DNA from: Candidatus Kapaibacterium sp.
Lineage (GTDB): Bacteria; Bacteroidota; Ignavibacteria; Kapaibacteriales; UBA4661
DNA: 64,000 nucleotides
Direction of reading: 5' to 3'
Assembly: GCA_025358765.1 (NCBI GenBank)
Contig: JANYIG010000168.1
Location: 325-64,324, forward strand
Positions 9,848 through 19,062 of this stretch are shown here, piece by piece. Both the position numbers and the translations under genes were made by a program. Under the pieces are notes generated by a model. That model was not told the DNA's origin, did not search any database, and was given only the letters and a program-made list of their open reading frames with translations. Position 1 is the first letter of the stretch. The number at the start of each line of letters is the position of its first letter.

Positions 9848-10465
9848 ATGAACGAATTACTTGGCGAACAATTACCCCATCAATGGCATACAGATCGGCT
9901 TGTCGTCCGCGATGCAGCTATAGTAGATGTTCCACGACTTACAGCCATTTTTAATGCCTGTGAGTACGTGGGTGAGTGGGATGAAACGTTTTACGCTATT
10001 GAGCAAGACGTGATGCAGCGTTTCGTACAGCAGAGTATGAGCGATGATGAAGATTTTCGTGAGTTTCGGCTTCAATGCGTTTTGGTGCGAGATTCTTTAT
10101 CGCAGGATTCTGCATTACAGGATTCTTCGGAAATTATCGGCTATTTTCATTGTTATCATAACCTGCCGAAGCCTCACTATTTCTGGATTTCGATGTTTGT
10201 CTTCCATCCTGACTTTCACGACAAAGGATTTGGGAGCGAGGTCGTAAAAGGGTTGTGTGAACAATTGACAATGCTTGCATACAAAGCGCTGCGGACACGC
10301 GTGTATCTGAAAAACTGGACAGGTCTCCGTTTTTGGATTGATGCCGGGTTTACGAGCATCACGCAATATAAAGGCGATGCGACGTTTGCGGCTGATGCTT
10401 ACGCTAGTTTGCGATTGGAACGAGCGCTTAAACCGAACCAATCCTTCACACCGTCGAATAACTAA
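9848..10465 (+). CDS. GNAT-like acetyltransferase (putative)
   Basis: FVFHPDFHDKGFGSEVV resembles GNAT motif A (Q/R-x-x-G-x-G/A). Start chosen at MNELLGEQL; the ORF track gives 9800. Confidence 0.4.
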   Translation: MNELLGEQLPHQWHTDRLVVRDAAIVDVPRLTAIFNACEYVGEWDETFYAIEQDVMQRFVQQSMSDDEDFREFRLQCVLVRDSLSQDSALQDSSEIIGYFHCYHNLPKPHYFWISMFVFHPDFHDKGFGSEVVKGLCEQLTMLAYKALRTRVYLKNWTGLRFWIDAGFTSITQYKGDATFAADAYASLRLERALKPNQSFTPSNN

Positions 10466-10510
10466 ACAATATTCAAAATTGAGGAATGATGGTCTATTGA
10501 GGAAAAATCA

Positions 10511-11197
10511 ATGAAATCGTTTTTTGTGGCTGCTTTTATCACGATGTGTTCTGTTTCGCTTTATGCTCAATCTGTGGAAGAACTTCTTCGTTCATCTGCC
10601 GCCGGCTTTACACCCGCATTGTATCTGCCTGCGGAGGTGCTGCAATATTTGAAGGATCCCACCACAAAACAGATACGTTCGGTTGAACGCGACGAAGAAA
10701 ATGCGTCTCTGTGTTTGAGTTTTACATCTTCACGGGCTATGGTTGACGTTTGTGCAAAAGCCTTTACCGACTCGCAAGGCGCACCAATACTCTTCATCGC
10801 AACAACATCCTTCGCGCAATCCGCTTCAACAACGGGAAAAGGCAAACGCCAAATTTCAAGCAGTGCTTCAGGGGTGGCGAGCTACGAGTATAGCACACGG
10901 TTTTGCATATTAAGAAAAGCCCGTACTTGGGAAGCAGTAACGACGGAAGTAATTCCACCAGAGGCAATTAGCGCATTAAAAATAGTGTTCAAATTAGACA
11001 AACAACGCGGCGAATGGTCGAACACGAATACAAACGAAGGCAAAATTTCTTTCGGTTTTTCTGGCTCGACGGTTACACTCAATGCCGTTACTGGTGGGAT
11101 AAAAACAATGCGTGCCCGTCCGCCGCTTACAACGCTGCTTTGGAACGGGGATAGGTTTGTGGTGAATGAGCCGAGCGCCTCTCCTCAAATCCGATAA
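10511..11197 (+). CDS. hypothetical secreted protein
   Basis: Signal peptide MKSFFVAAFITMCSVSLYAQ. It is 12 bp upstream of the next gene, so probably the first gene of an operon. Confidence 0.4.
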   Translation: MKSFFVAAFITMCSVSLYAQSVEELLRSSAAGFTPALYLPAEVLQYLKDPTTKQIRSVERDEENASLCLSFTSSRAMVDVCAKAFTDSQGAPILFIATTSFAQSASTTGKGKRQISSSASGVASYEYSTRFCILRKARTWEAVTTEVIPPEAISALKIVFKLDKQRGEWSNTNTNEGKISFGFSGSTVTLNAVTGGIKTMRARPPLTTLLWNGDRFVVNEPSASPQIR

Positions 11198-11209
11198 ATT
11201 CTCATCTCT

Positions 11210-12562
11210 ATGAAATTCACCCCGTCTGACCAAGCCCTTGAGCTTGTTGAACAGCACCTTTCTCGTTTACCTCGTTTTGATGGCTCTGCACATTCAAGAA
11301 AAATGCTGCATTGCACAGTTCAAAGTGTAGCTGCGGCAACAGGGCTAACGCTTATTGAGAGCGAGGGGGCGCTCACAACGCTGATGGCACGGTACAAATG
11401 CCGTTTGATGATGAATAGGGAAACAGGCGAAGTGGAATTTGTGTTTACCGCTCCTCTTCTTCGGCGCGGCAGCCTGACGGTAAAGGAAACGTTTCGCACT
11501 TTTGGGAAAAGAGTTCTCAAGGGGTTTGAAATGATCTATCGTGCGTCGCTTGGTGCGATTTTGCTTATGTATAGCCTTGTATATGCAGTTGTTGCCGTTG
11601 TACTTGTCGTACGCTTTGGTTTTGAAGGTCTCTTAGATGGCTTTTTTGATGTTCTGTATCAAGGCGTGTTCGGAGGCAGGTCACGCAAAAAAACAAGCAA
11701 TAGCTTGCGGGTAAAAAATTTTTCGTCATTGGAAATTCGGAGCGAAGAAGAAACTCAAGGCTTAAAGCCGGAAGGGTTTATGGGTTCTGTTTTTAATTTC
11801 GTTTTTGGTCCCGTAGAACCTATACCCGACCCTCTAAAAGCAGAGAAAAACGCAGCGTTCTTCATCCATCACAATCAAGGCAAACTCACAGCGGGGCATA
11901 TTGTGGCGCTTACAGGGTGGTGTTACGACGAAGCGGAATCACATCTGGCAGAATACATCGCTCGTTTTGGTGGCGAGGCACAACTGAGTGATACCGGCGC
12001 GGTCTATGGCGAATTTGCCGATAGCATTGGTTCCGTCTCGTTGCTGGATTCTACCAAAGGCACGCCAAATCTTGTTTTTTACGACGAAGAGCAAGAGCAA
12101 AAATATCTGTTGACGGGCAATAGCGATGGGCGCAATGCAGCTATTATCGGGTTGAACGTTTTTAATATCGGCATGGCATGTTTACTTTCGCAATTCTTTC
12201 AAGATTCTACCATTTGGCAGTCACTGTTGGTCGTGTTTCCGTTCACAGTTTCGGTTTTGTATTTTCTCATTCCCCTTGCTCGATTGCCGATTGTGCAGAT
12301 CCGCAATGAACGTCAGAAGCGGCGTGTTCTTCGCAAACATATTTTGCGAAATATTTTGAATGGAGTTCAAAATGGCAATACGGATCTCAGGCTATGGGAA
12401 ATGCTTCGCGGCATTGCCGCGGATTCGAGTTTCGGTGGAGTTGCAGTTGAAGCCGCATTGGTACTTGTTGCAGAGCTTCAGGGTGAGGTTGTGCTTAACG
12501 AGGACGGCAACACAGTTTATCGCTTTACCCGTTTAAGTGGTGACCTTGTTGTGAAAGAATGA
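11210..12562 (+). CDS. hypothetical polytopic membrane protein
   Basis: 450 aa with about 3 TM helices (LGAILLMYSLVYAVVAVVLVV, AAIIGLNVFNIGMACLL, LLVVFPFTVSVLYFLIPL) and large cytoplasmic regions. Confidence 0.45.
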   Translation: MKFTPSDQALELVEQHLSRLPRFDGSAHSRKMLHCTVQSVAAATGLTLIESEGALTTLMARYKCRLMMNRETGEVEFVFTAPLLRRGSLTVKETFRTFGKRVLKGFEMIYRASLGAILLMYSLVYAVVAVVLVVRFGFEGLLDGFFDVLYQGVFGGRSRKKTSNSLRVKNFSSLEIRSEEETQGLKPEGFMGSVFNFVFGPVEPIPDPLKAEKNAAFFIHHNQGKLTAGHIVALTGWCYDEAESHLAEYIARFGGEAQLSDTGAVYGEFADSIGSVSLLDSTKGTPNLVFYDEEQEQKYLLTGNSDGRNAAIIGLNVFNIGMACLLSQFFQDSTIWQSLLVVFPFTVSVLYFLIPLARLPIVQIRNERQKRRVLRKHILRNILNGVQNGNTDLRLWEMLRGIAADSSFGGVAVEAALVLVAELQGEVVLNEDGNTVYRFTRLSGDLVVKE

Positions 12563-12910
12563 TTTCACCAAAAGTGTCAAGTTCAAGTGTCAAGTTTACT
12601 TTCCGCTTTTAGTTGCTATGTCAACTATCCTGTCAGGTTTTCTTTCCACTTTTCGCCCAGAACTCCCATATAATGACGCTTTTTAACTCTGGCACGTCCT
12701 TTGTATAATTCCACTACAGAATCAATCATCACAACGATTTTTCTTCCTTTTCTTCTCCATCTATCCTGTTATTTTTCGCTGATGAACCTTTTCGACTATT
12801 TGTAATCACGCTGGCTTCAATGTGGGTATGGTATTGCGAATCAAGAAACAAAGCGCTCCAGACCTAAATTAAGCCGCATTTTTCAAGTCGTTTTTGAAAG
12901 GTTCACCACG

Positions 12911-14188
12911 ATGACTACCACCTTGTTTGAGGGGCGTTACCAAGCCTCTTCCCGCGTGAAGGCACGTCACTACGTACTTTTTGTTGCCCTGTTTATTATC
13001 CTTGCTTCGGTTTTGTATGTTGGCGTATTGCCGCGAGCGGCGGAACGGTTTGCTGTCGCCCAATTGAAGCCCGATGAAGGCGCATTGGTTATGTTCAATG
13101 GCGTGTATGCAAGCCCAACAGGTGAGGGGGCAAATGCTTTTGGTCAGGAGGTGCAGCGCCGTTCCATCAATGGCGAATACATCTTCGATTTTACGAATGT
13201 CGAGCGCAAAACTGAAATTCATGGCTACACCAAAGTTGCCCGTGAATGGTTGATAAAATCTCCCAAAATTGGCGAAGAAGCAATTTACATCCGTCATGAA
13301 GCATTTATGCTGCTGGCGCTTGCTATCGCCTTTGCTGGCACGGTCTTGTTTACGTTTGTGTTGTCCCCAAAACTCGGCTTAATGGCTGCACTCACCGAGC
13401 GCGAGGCGGCACACACACGTTCGCGCCTTATCCTCGAAACAGGGCTGAGAGGCGATGTTGTGGATATGCTTACGATGCCGGAACGTGAATTGACGCGGCG
13501 CACAGAGATTGACGGTGAAGTCACGGAGCGTTTACGGGAACAGATGTTTGTTGTTTGGGAACGCACTTTGCCGTCTGCGGCAAGCGAACGCGCCGAAGGC
13601 TCGACACCAGAGTTTACCACTATTCCCCAAGGATATGAAGCCCAATGCCGTGCGTACCTGTTAGAGCGCATTGCAGAGCGATTTCCGTCCAATATTACGC
13701 AAGCCTTTTCGCACCTCAAAAATGTTCAACACTGGCGCAACAACAGGCTTTTGGTGCTTTCAGCGATTCGCTTGTTTATGAGTCAATTTTTTGCCGTGCG
13801 CTACTCCAATAGCGTGAACGGGCTTGCATATACCGGTGCGGCATTGCTGATTATCGCCATCGGGCTTCGCGGCTTAAAGTTCATCCCACCCGCTCATCCC
13901 AGCTTGATTCTGGCGGCTATCACGGTCGAATTTTCGTTGTTGATTTTGCTCGGCATTACGTTGTATTTCCAGCAAGAAGAAGCAGGAAACGCCGATTCAA
14001 CCTTATCGCTGAAGAAAATTGAAGGAGATATGCACAGGCTTGCCGTTGTCGTGGATAGCGGAAACGCTGAAGTCGTAGAACGCGCCGTCCGCAAGGCAGT
14101 TGAAGAATATATTGCAGGTCCGAATGTAGTCGAAAAGCACTTTGTCAATGTCATCACTGAGCGCATTACAATGGCACTTCGGGCGTAA
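12911..14188 (+). CDS. hypothetical membrane protein; the C-terminal two-helix module resembles GldL/PorL (T9SS/gliding motor stator)
   Basis: 425 aa with 4 predicted TM helices. The C-terminal pair is LAYTGAALLIIAIGLRGLKFIPP and LILAAITVEFSLLILLG, with a Glu in the second helix. From memory, the pattern resembles the GldL N-terminus (AYGMGAAVVIVGALFKITHF / LSIGLLTEAFIFAL). Confidence 0.4.
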   Translation: MTTTLFEGRYQASSRVKARHYVLFVALFIILASVLYVGVLPRAAERFAVAQLKPDEGALVMFNGVYASPTGEGANAFGQEVQRRSINGEYIFDFTNVERKTEIHGYTKVAREWLIKSPKIGEEAIYIRHEAFMLLALAIAFAGTVLFTFVLSPKLGLMAALTEREAAHTRSRLILETGLRGDVVDMLTMPERELTRRTEIDGEVTERLREQMFVVWERTLPSAASERAEGSTPEFTTIPQGYEAQCRAYLLERIAERFPSNITQAFSHLKNVQHWRNNRLLVLSAIRLFMSQFFAVRYSNSVNGLAYTGAALLIIAIGLRGLKFIPPAHPSLILAAITVEFSLLILLGITLYFQQEEAGNADSTLSLKKIEGDMHRLAVVVDSGNAEVVERAVRKAVEEYIAGPNVVEKHFVNVITERITMALRA

Positions 14189-14223
14189 ACAAACCACTCA
14201 CAACCTCAAAACTACCCAACACT

Positions 14224-16407
14224 ATGTCAAGAAATTCAGCCGGAAAGGTCTATTTCGTACTGTATTTGGCGGTGATTTTGGAACTCCTTATCATCATTGT
14301 CGAACGAGACGAAGCAGAAGACCATCTTCGCAAACGCGAACGCGAGGCACGCGAAATTGTCCAAGATATTTTGGGGCAAATGCAAATTGGCAGGGGCGAT
14401 GAAAACCTTAATTCGCGCATCACCGATGAAATCTCACTTTTGTCCGATGAAGCCATAAAAATTAGCGGAATCCCGTACAAGAAGCACCGCACCTACAACA
14501 TCGAAGTGGGCGTGAATGACGGCAATGCGTCGGTAACGCTTGGCTCTGACCGCCGCGACACGCTCGAACACCAGCGCGTTCTGAAACAGCTCGCCAACGT
14601 GCAAGATTTGAACTACGAAATCCTCTACACGCCGAGCACCGATGACGATTTGCCGCCAAACAGTGATAGTAGCGAATCTGCCGATAAACGTTGGAAACCT
14701 ATTGCTACAACCGCACTGACATTGGATACGAATGCAACTCAAACATGGCAAACGCCAGTGTATCGCGGTGATGCGGGAATAAGCGACGTGAGCAAATATG
14801 CGCCACCGCAAGCCGTCGGCGAGCCGTTTATCTTCAACAGTTCATTAACCGATGATTTTGTGCGCCAAAACAGTGGCAAATCTACAAAACGGATTTTCAC
14901 GGCGAATTTCCAGCCCACACAGCCCGGCTGGTATAAGTTGCGTTTCACGTCGAAAACGAACCGCATTATGGGCGTTGGCGGCGATGCAAAGAGTCTGGAT
15001 GAGATTTCGGACGATGCTAAAATCAATATTGGCGGGATGCAACTCACCGTCAAAAAGCTCAAAAAGCTTCAGCAGATGCTTGGGCGCGAGCTTGAAAGCT
15101 TTGGTGTGCCTACGATGGAAGAATTTGTTGCCGCTCAGACTGAGGACGATGTGCAAAAGTTTTTTACAAAAGTGGATGCCGCAAAAGCTACGATTGAGCG
15201 CGAAAAAAGTGGCAACCTGGGCTTGACACGAGATTTGGCGCGGAAAGTGGACGTATATGCCGATATTACAAAACTGCTTACGCCAAACAAATCTAAGTAT
15301 TTCGCACAAAATCACGGCGCAATGGAAATCAACGTTCGTGTAACGAAGCCACCGATAGCCATTGTGCAAGCGCAGATTGCACTTCCGAGCGAAGTGAACA
15401 TGTTCGACAAGGCAAAACCCGCGTTCAAGTTCACTGCCGGACCTTTTTACGGTAATAATTTCCCGCAAGGCGAGATTACAAGCGCCGATGGGAAAGTTTA
15501 CAAACTCACCATTGAAAAAACAGGCGCTCTTGCGGACAATAATTCGTTGAAGCCGCTTGAAAAGGGCGATGCAGTGCTGTTTATGGCGAAAACATTAGAG
15601 CCGCTCAAACCCGGTTCGTACACAATTCGCATGACGCACACTTCGCAAGGAGACTCGAAGACGGAACAATCGCCGCTCCGTGTGTTCCCGTCCGCGCTGA
15701 CGAAAAACAATTATGGCATGGTGGAAGGGCGCATGAAATCATTGTTCTACGGTTCAACGCTTTCATTAAATCTGCAACCAAACTGCGAAGACCGCATTCC
15801 AGCGAATCAATTCCGTATTTATGCTGCATTGAATAATCAGCCGCAAACGATATTTACCAACGGTTTGGTGGCAAAATTGCCGATTGAAGCAAAAGCACGA
15901 ACGGCATCGTTGCGCGTGACGTGGGTTTCGCCTTACACCGATGAGGAAATCGAAATACTGCCAAAGCTCGAAAACCCCATCAAACAACGCGAACCAGACA
16001 TGGATTTATCGCGGGTGAGCATAACCAAAATTTCGGGCGATTCGGAAGAAATGACGATTCAAATCAGCGGAATTACAGTCAATCCGGCAACGGTGGATGT
16101 GGGCGGCAAGCAAGGCGGCGAACAGGATATTGCAGACGTAGCACTCTCGCAAATAAGCACCGATGCACCCGGTATGGATGTTGCTGATTCACGCTTGATT
16201 CCTGCGGGTGGTGGAAATTATTCGGCAGTGTTTGTATTACATGGCGTTCCAGCAAAAAAATCGGTGGAAATTGTCGGAAAGCTAAACTTTACTCTTACAT
16301 CCGTTATGCGGAACCCAACGAACGGAACCCGCTCGAATTCGGCTACGTGGGCGCAAGAAGTGCCATTTACATACACAACGCCCGCCAAAAAAGGTGCGAA
16401 GAAGTAA
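14224..16407 (+). CDS. hypothetical bitopic protein with GldM/PorM-like architecture (N-terminal TM anchor plus large periplasmic domain)
   Basis: 727 aa. Single N-terminal TM (VYFVLYLAVILELLIIIV), a charged coiled segment, then about 650 aa of periplasmic sequence. It lies 35 bp downstream of the GldL-like gene. Confidence 0.4.
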   Translation: MSRNSAGKVYFVLYLAVILELLIIIVERDEAEDHLRKREREAREIVQDILGQMQIGRGDENLNSRITDEISLLSDEAIKISGIPYKKHRTYNIEVGVNDGNASVTLGSDRRDTLEHQRVLKQLANVQDLNYEILYTPSTDDDLPPNSDSSESADKRWKPIATTALTLDTNATQTWQTPVYRGDAGISDVSKYAPPQAVGEPFIFNSSLTDDFVRQNSGKSTKRIFTANFQPTQPGWYKLRFTSKTNRIMGVGGDAKSLDEISDDAKINIGGMQLTVKKLKKLQQMLGRELESFGVPTMEEFVAAQTEDDVQKFFTKVDAAKATIEREKSGNLGLTRDLARKVDVYADITKLLTPNKSKYFAQNHGAMEINVRVTKPPIAIVQAQIALPSEVNMFDKAKPAFKFTAGPFYGNNFPQGEITSADGKVYKLTIEKTGALADNNSLKPLEKGDAVLFMAKTLEPLKPGSYTIRMTHTSQGDSKTEQSPLRVFPSALTKNNYGMVEGRMKSLFYGSTLSLNLQPNCEDRIPANQFRIYAALNNQPQTIFTNGLVAKLPIEAKARTASLRVTWVSPYTDEEIEILPKLENPIKQREPDMDLSRVSITKISGDSEEMTIQISGITVNPATVDVGGKQGGEQDIADVALSQISTDAPGMDVADSRLIPAGGGNYSAVFVLHGVPAKKSVEIVGKLNFTLTSVMRNPTNGTRSNSATWAQEVPFTYTTPAKKGAKK

Positions 16408-16459
16408 GAAGTTTGGCGATGCAATTATTTTTAGAGTTTATTCCGATTCCTTTTGTCTA

Positions 16460-16550
16460 TCATTCCAGCGAAGGCTGGAATCCAGATGTAGTGCGAACTG
16501 TGGCTGGGGCTGGAATGACTGTCCCTGTGCAATTATCGGAATAAGCTCTC
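16460..16550 (+). repeat. REP/MITE-like palindromic intergenic element, copy D
   Basis: CATTCCAGCGAAGGCTGGAATCC...GGCTGGGGCTGGAATGAC...TATCGGAATAAGCTCTC matches copies at 35414, 36324 and 40966. Confidence 0.55.
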
Positions 16551-16570
16551 TTATCTTCCGAATGAATTAT

Positions 16571-16616
16571 TTTCTACCTGCTGGGCGCTTTCTTCAGTGT
16601 CCGGCAGGTTTTTTTA
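16571..16616 (+). terminator. terminator-like hairpin plus T-run
   Basis: CCTGCTGG...CCGGCAGG followed by TTTTTTTA, after the 14224..16407 gene. Confidence 0.4.
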
Positions 16617-16659
16617 TGTAGAAGCCGCGCAGATAGAATAATGACTACAACTCGCAATG

Positions 16660-17607
16660 TCATTTTGTTCTGAGCGATTGTAAGAGTTTTGATTGGATGG
16701 CATATTCACCTTCATCGCCCTTGTCAACGCCAAGAAGTCTCATACGCCCGCCGCTGCGCGTTATTGTTGGTTGATGTGTTACAAAACCAGAAAAACCATT
16801 CATAATTTTATCTTTTCTGATAATCTGTGCATTGCTTGTAGCAGAGAGCGTAAGACGGATGAAAACTCGCTGCGTTTGTAATGTTTCGGGCACTTTGAAT
16901 AGAACCGTTTCGCGGCTTTTGCTGTTTGTGCTTTTAATGATTGGTTGCTGAATCGGTTCATCGTGTTGGGAAATTGTCAGGGAATCTAAAAGCGCAAGCC
17001 GTTGTCCCATTGCCTCACCGATAAGCTCCACGCTCCAGTTAACCTCTCCGAATGCCTGATAATAATGGGCGTTCGATATCCTCGGCGTTATCATATTCTC
17101 AGTTTTCAAAAACCATCTGGTTCCATTGCCGATCCAACTCATGTCCCGGAAAAATTTGATTTCATCGCCTTTTGAAAGTAAAAATGACTCTGTTCGGCTG
17201 ATGGTGCTAAGATTATTTGCTATTGTTACATCCCCGTTACGCCAATGTTGGAGTTGGAGTGGCTTGCCGTTGTTACGACATTCTGTAAAGAGGAACGTGG
17301 CTAATGAAGAATCAAATTGTGCTGAAAACTCATACCCGGGGAATGGCTTCGTTGCTGTTAATTGTGGATATCCTTCCCCCAAAAAACTATGCTTCTTCAG
17401 TGAATCGAGCGACGTTGACTTCTGATTTTGCACTTGTTCTGGATATGTTGTTGCTGGCGCAGCGTAAACATGAGGTCGTAAAACTATATCTTGCTTGCTG
17501 CTGTCACACTGTGCCCATAGATCGCCTACACCAAAAAAACTACCTGCTATCACCAACCAAATGAGGCTAAAATACATAGCCCGCCAAAGGGAAAAGGGTT
17601 TCATCAC
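16660..17607 (-). CDS. hypothetical secreted protein
   Basis: N-terminal signal peptide (LIWLVIAGSFFGVGDLWAQ). No recognised domain. Confidence 0.4.
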   Translation of the reverse strand: MMKPFSLWRAMYFSLIWLVIAGSFFGVGDLWAQCDSSKQDIVLRPHVYAAPATTYPEQVQNQKSTSLDSLKKHSFLGEGYPQLTATKPFPGYEFSAQFDSSLATFLFTECRNNGKPLQLQHWRNGDVTIANNLSTISRTESFLLSKGDEIKFFRDMSWIGNGTRWFLKTENMITPRISNAHYYQAFGEVNWSVELIGEAMGQRLALLDSLTISQHDEPIQQPIIKSTNSKSRETVLFKVPETLQTQRVFIRLTLSATSNAQIIRKDKIMNGFSGFVTHQPTITRSGGRMRLLGVDKGDEGEYAIQSKLLQSLRTK

Positions 17608-17867
17608 GAAACACGCTCCTTGAAAAAAAGTTTTAAAATATCCCTCTCAACGATTTCCCCCTCGCCATTTCTGAATGTAAAAAAAAACTATATAAAAACA
17701 AGCAAAAATAAGTTTTTATGAGGTTTTATGCCCTCGCCATTACATTATATTTAGGCGTTTGATGTTTGATAGTTGCTCAACTTATTGCTATCTTCTTTGA
17801 GAATGTGCTTTAACACACACATTCCAAGCCATGATAAACCACAAGCAAAAACAATCCAACGTAAACT

Positions 17868-19043
17868 GTGATACGCAAGAATATTACAATGATGAAACAA
17901 TGGTTTGTGTCTATTACGACAGCGTTGATATTATTTGTGTGTAGCGGATATGCACAAGATTCAAGCTCCACAATAAAACCCGAAGAGCCTGAATTGTCCG
18001 GCTTTCGTTGGTTAGCCGTGCCGGGGTATGCACCGGAAACCTCACTTTCGCTTACGGGTGGCGGATTATATTTTTGGCGTAGAACAAATGACAATGCAAC
18101 AAACCGCTTGAATCAAATTTTTGGCGGTGTGCAGGTGACGCTTCGCAAACAATTCATCCTCAGTTTTTATCCCGATGTGTATTTTAACAACGAGAATATC
18201 CGGCTTTATGGGCAAGCAGAAGTTTCGCGGTATCCAGATTATTTTTACGGAGTGGGAACGACAACGGCACTGACTGAAGAAACGCGAGAACCATTTACGA
18301 TTTTTCGCACGGCGTTGATAGGCAGTTTGCTGTTTAGCGTGAACGGGAAAGGTATTCGCAACGGCGTGAATATTGGTGTGCGGTTCGATTTTGATTATCA
18401 AAACATTGTGGAGCGAAAAGTAGGTGGATTGCTTGAAAGCGGTACGATTTTAGGGTCAGACGGCGGCTTAATTGCTGGTGTTGGGCTGGCAATAAATTAC
18501 GATTCGCGGGATGTCGCCATCGCAGCAACGCAAGGTGGGTTTGTAGAATTTCGTGCCGTACCATATTTGAAGGCACTCGGAGGTAAATACGATTTTACGC
18601 GATTCACGTTGGATGCCCGTACATACTGGTCTGTAGCAGGGGATTCTTCGTATCCGCATGTTTTGGCGCTGCATTGGTACAACGAACTTTCAACAGGCGA
18701 TGTTCCGTTTTTCCGAATGGGATTGCTGGGAACGAGCATCGGCGGCACGGCAGTAATGCGCGGCATTTTTAACGGACGGTTCCGCGACAAAATGATGAGT
18801 GCTGCCCAAGCCGAATACCGTTTGCCGATTGGTGGCAGGTGGGGAGCGGTGGCGTTTGTGGGCGCGGGCAATGTTTCTTCTTCACTTGATGCGTTTCAAT
18901 TTGAGCATATAAAGATAGCTTTAGGAGCAGGTCTTCGTTTTGCTCTCGTGCCGGATGAACACATCAACATACGTTTTGATATTGGCTATGGCGTTTCGAC
19001 AAAGACTCTTTTCCCATATATATCATTCACGGAAGCATTTTAG
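17868..19043 (+). CDS. outer membrane beta-barrel protein, Omp85/bacterial surface antigen (D15)-like, without POTRA
   Basis: Signal peptide, alternating beta-strand pattern, and a C-terminal aromatic ending ...FPYISFTEAF typical of OM barrels. Confidence 0.45.
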   Translation: MIRKNITMMKQWFVSITTALILFVCSGYAQDSSSTIKPEEPELSGFRWLAVPGYAPETSLSLTGGGLYFWRRTNDNATNRLNQIFGGVQVTLRKQFILSFYPDVYFNNENIRLYGQAEVSRYPDYFYGVGTTTALTEETREPFTIFRTALIGSLLFSVNGKGIRNGVNIGVRFDFDYQNIVERKVGGLLESGTILGSDGGLIAGVGLAINYDSRDVAIAATQGGFVEFRAVPYLKALGGKYDFTRFTLDARTYWSVAGDSSYPHVLALHWYNELSTGDVPFFRMGLLGTSIGGTAVMRGIFNGRFRDKMMSAAQAEYRLPIGGRWGAVAFVGAGNVSSSLDAFQFEHIKIALGAGLRFALVPDEHINIRFDIGYGVSTKTLFPYISFTEAF

Positions 19044-19062
19044 GATTATGCCATCATTCTTT

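Noticed and set aside
12563-12910. Tandem AGTGTCAAGTT x2 and a 350-bp gap between membrane-protein genes.
   Set aside because: It is a short two-unit direct repeat with no further structure. The gap is probably just the promoter of the downstream operon.
14142-15468. Antisense and overlapping ORFs in the 14224..16407 gene (for example 14845..15468 minus, 207 aa).
   Set aside because: Arg/Cys-rich low-complexity translations typical of the reverse frames of a real gene.
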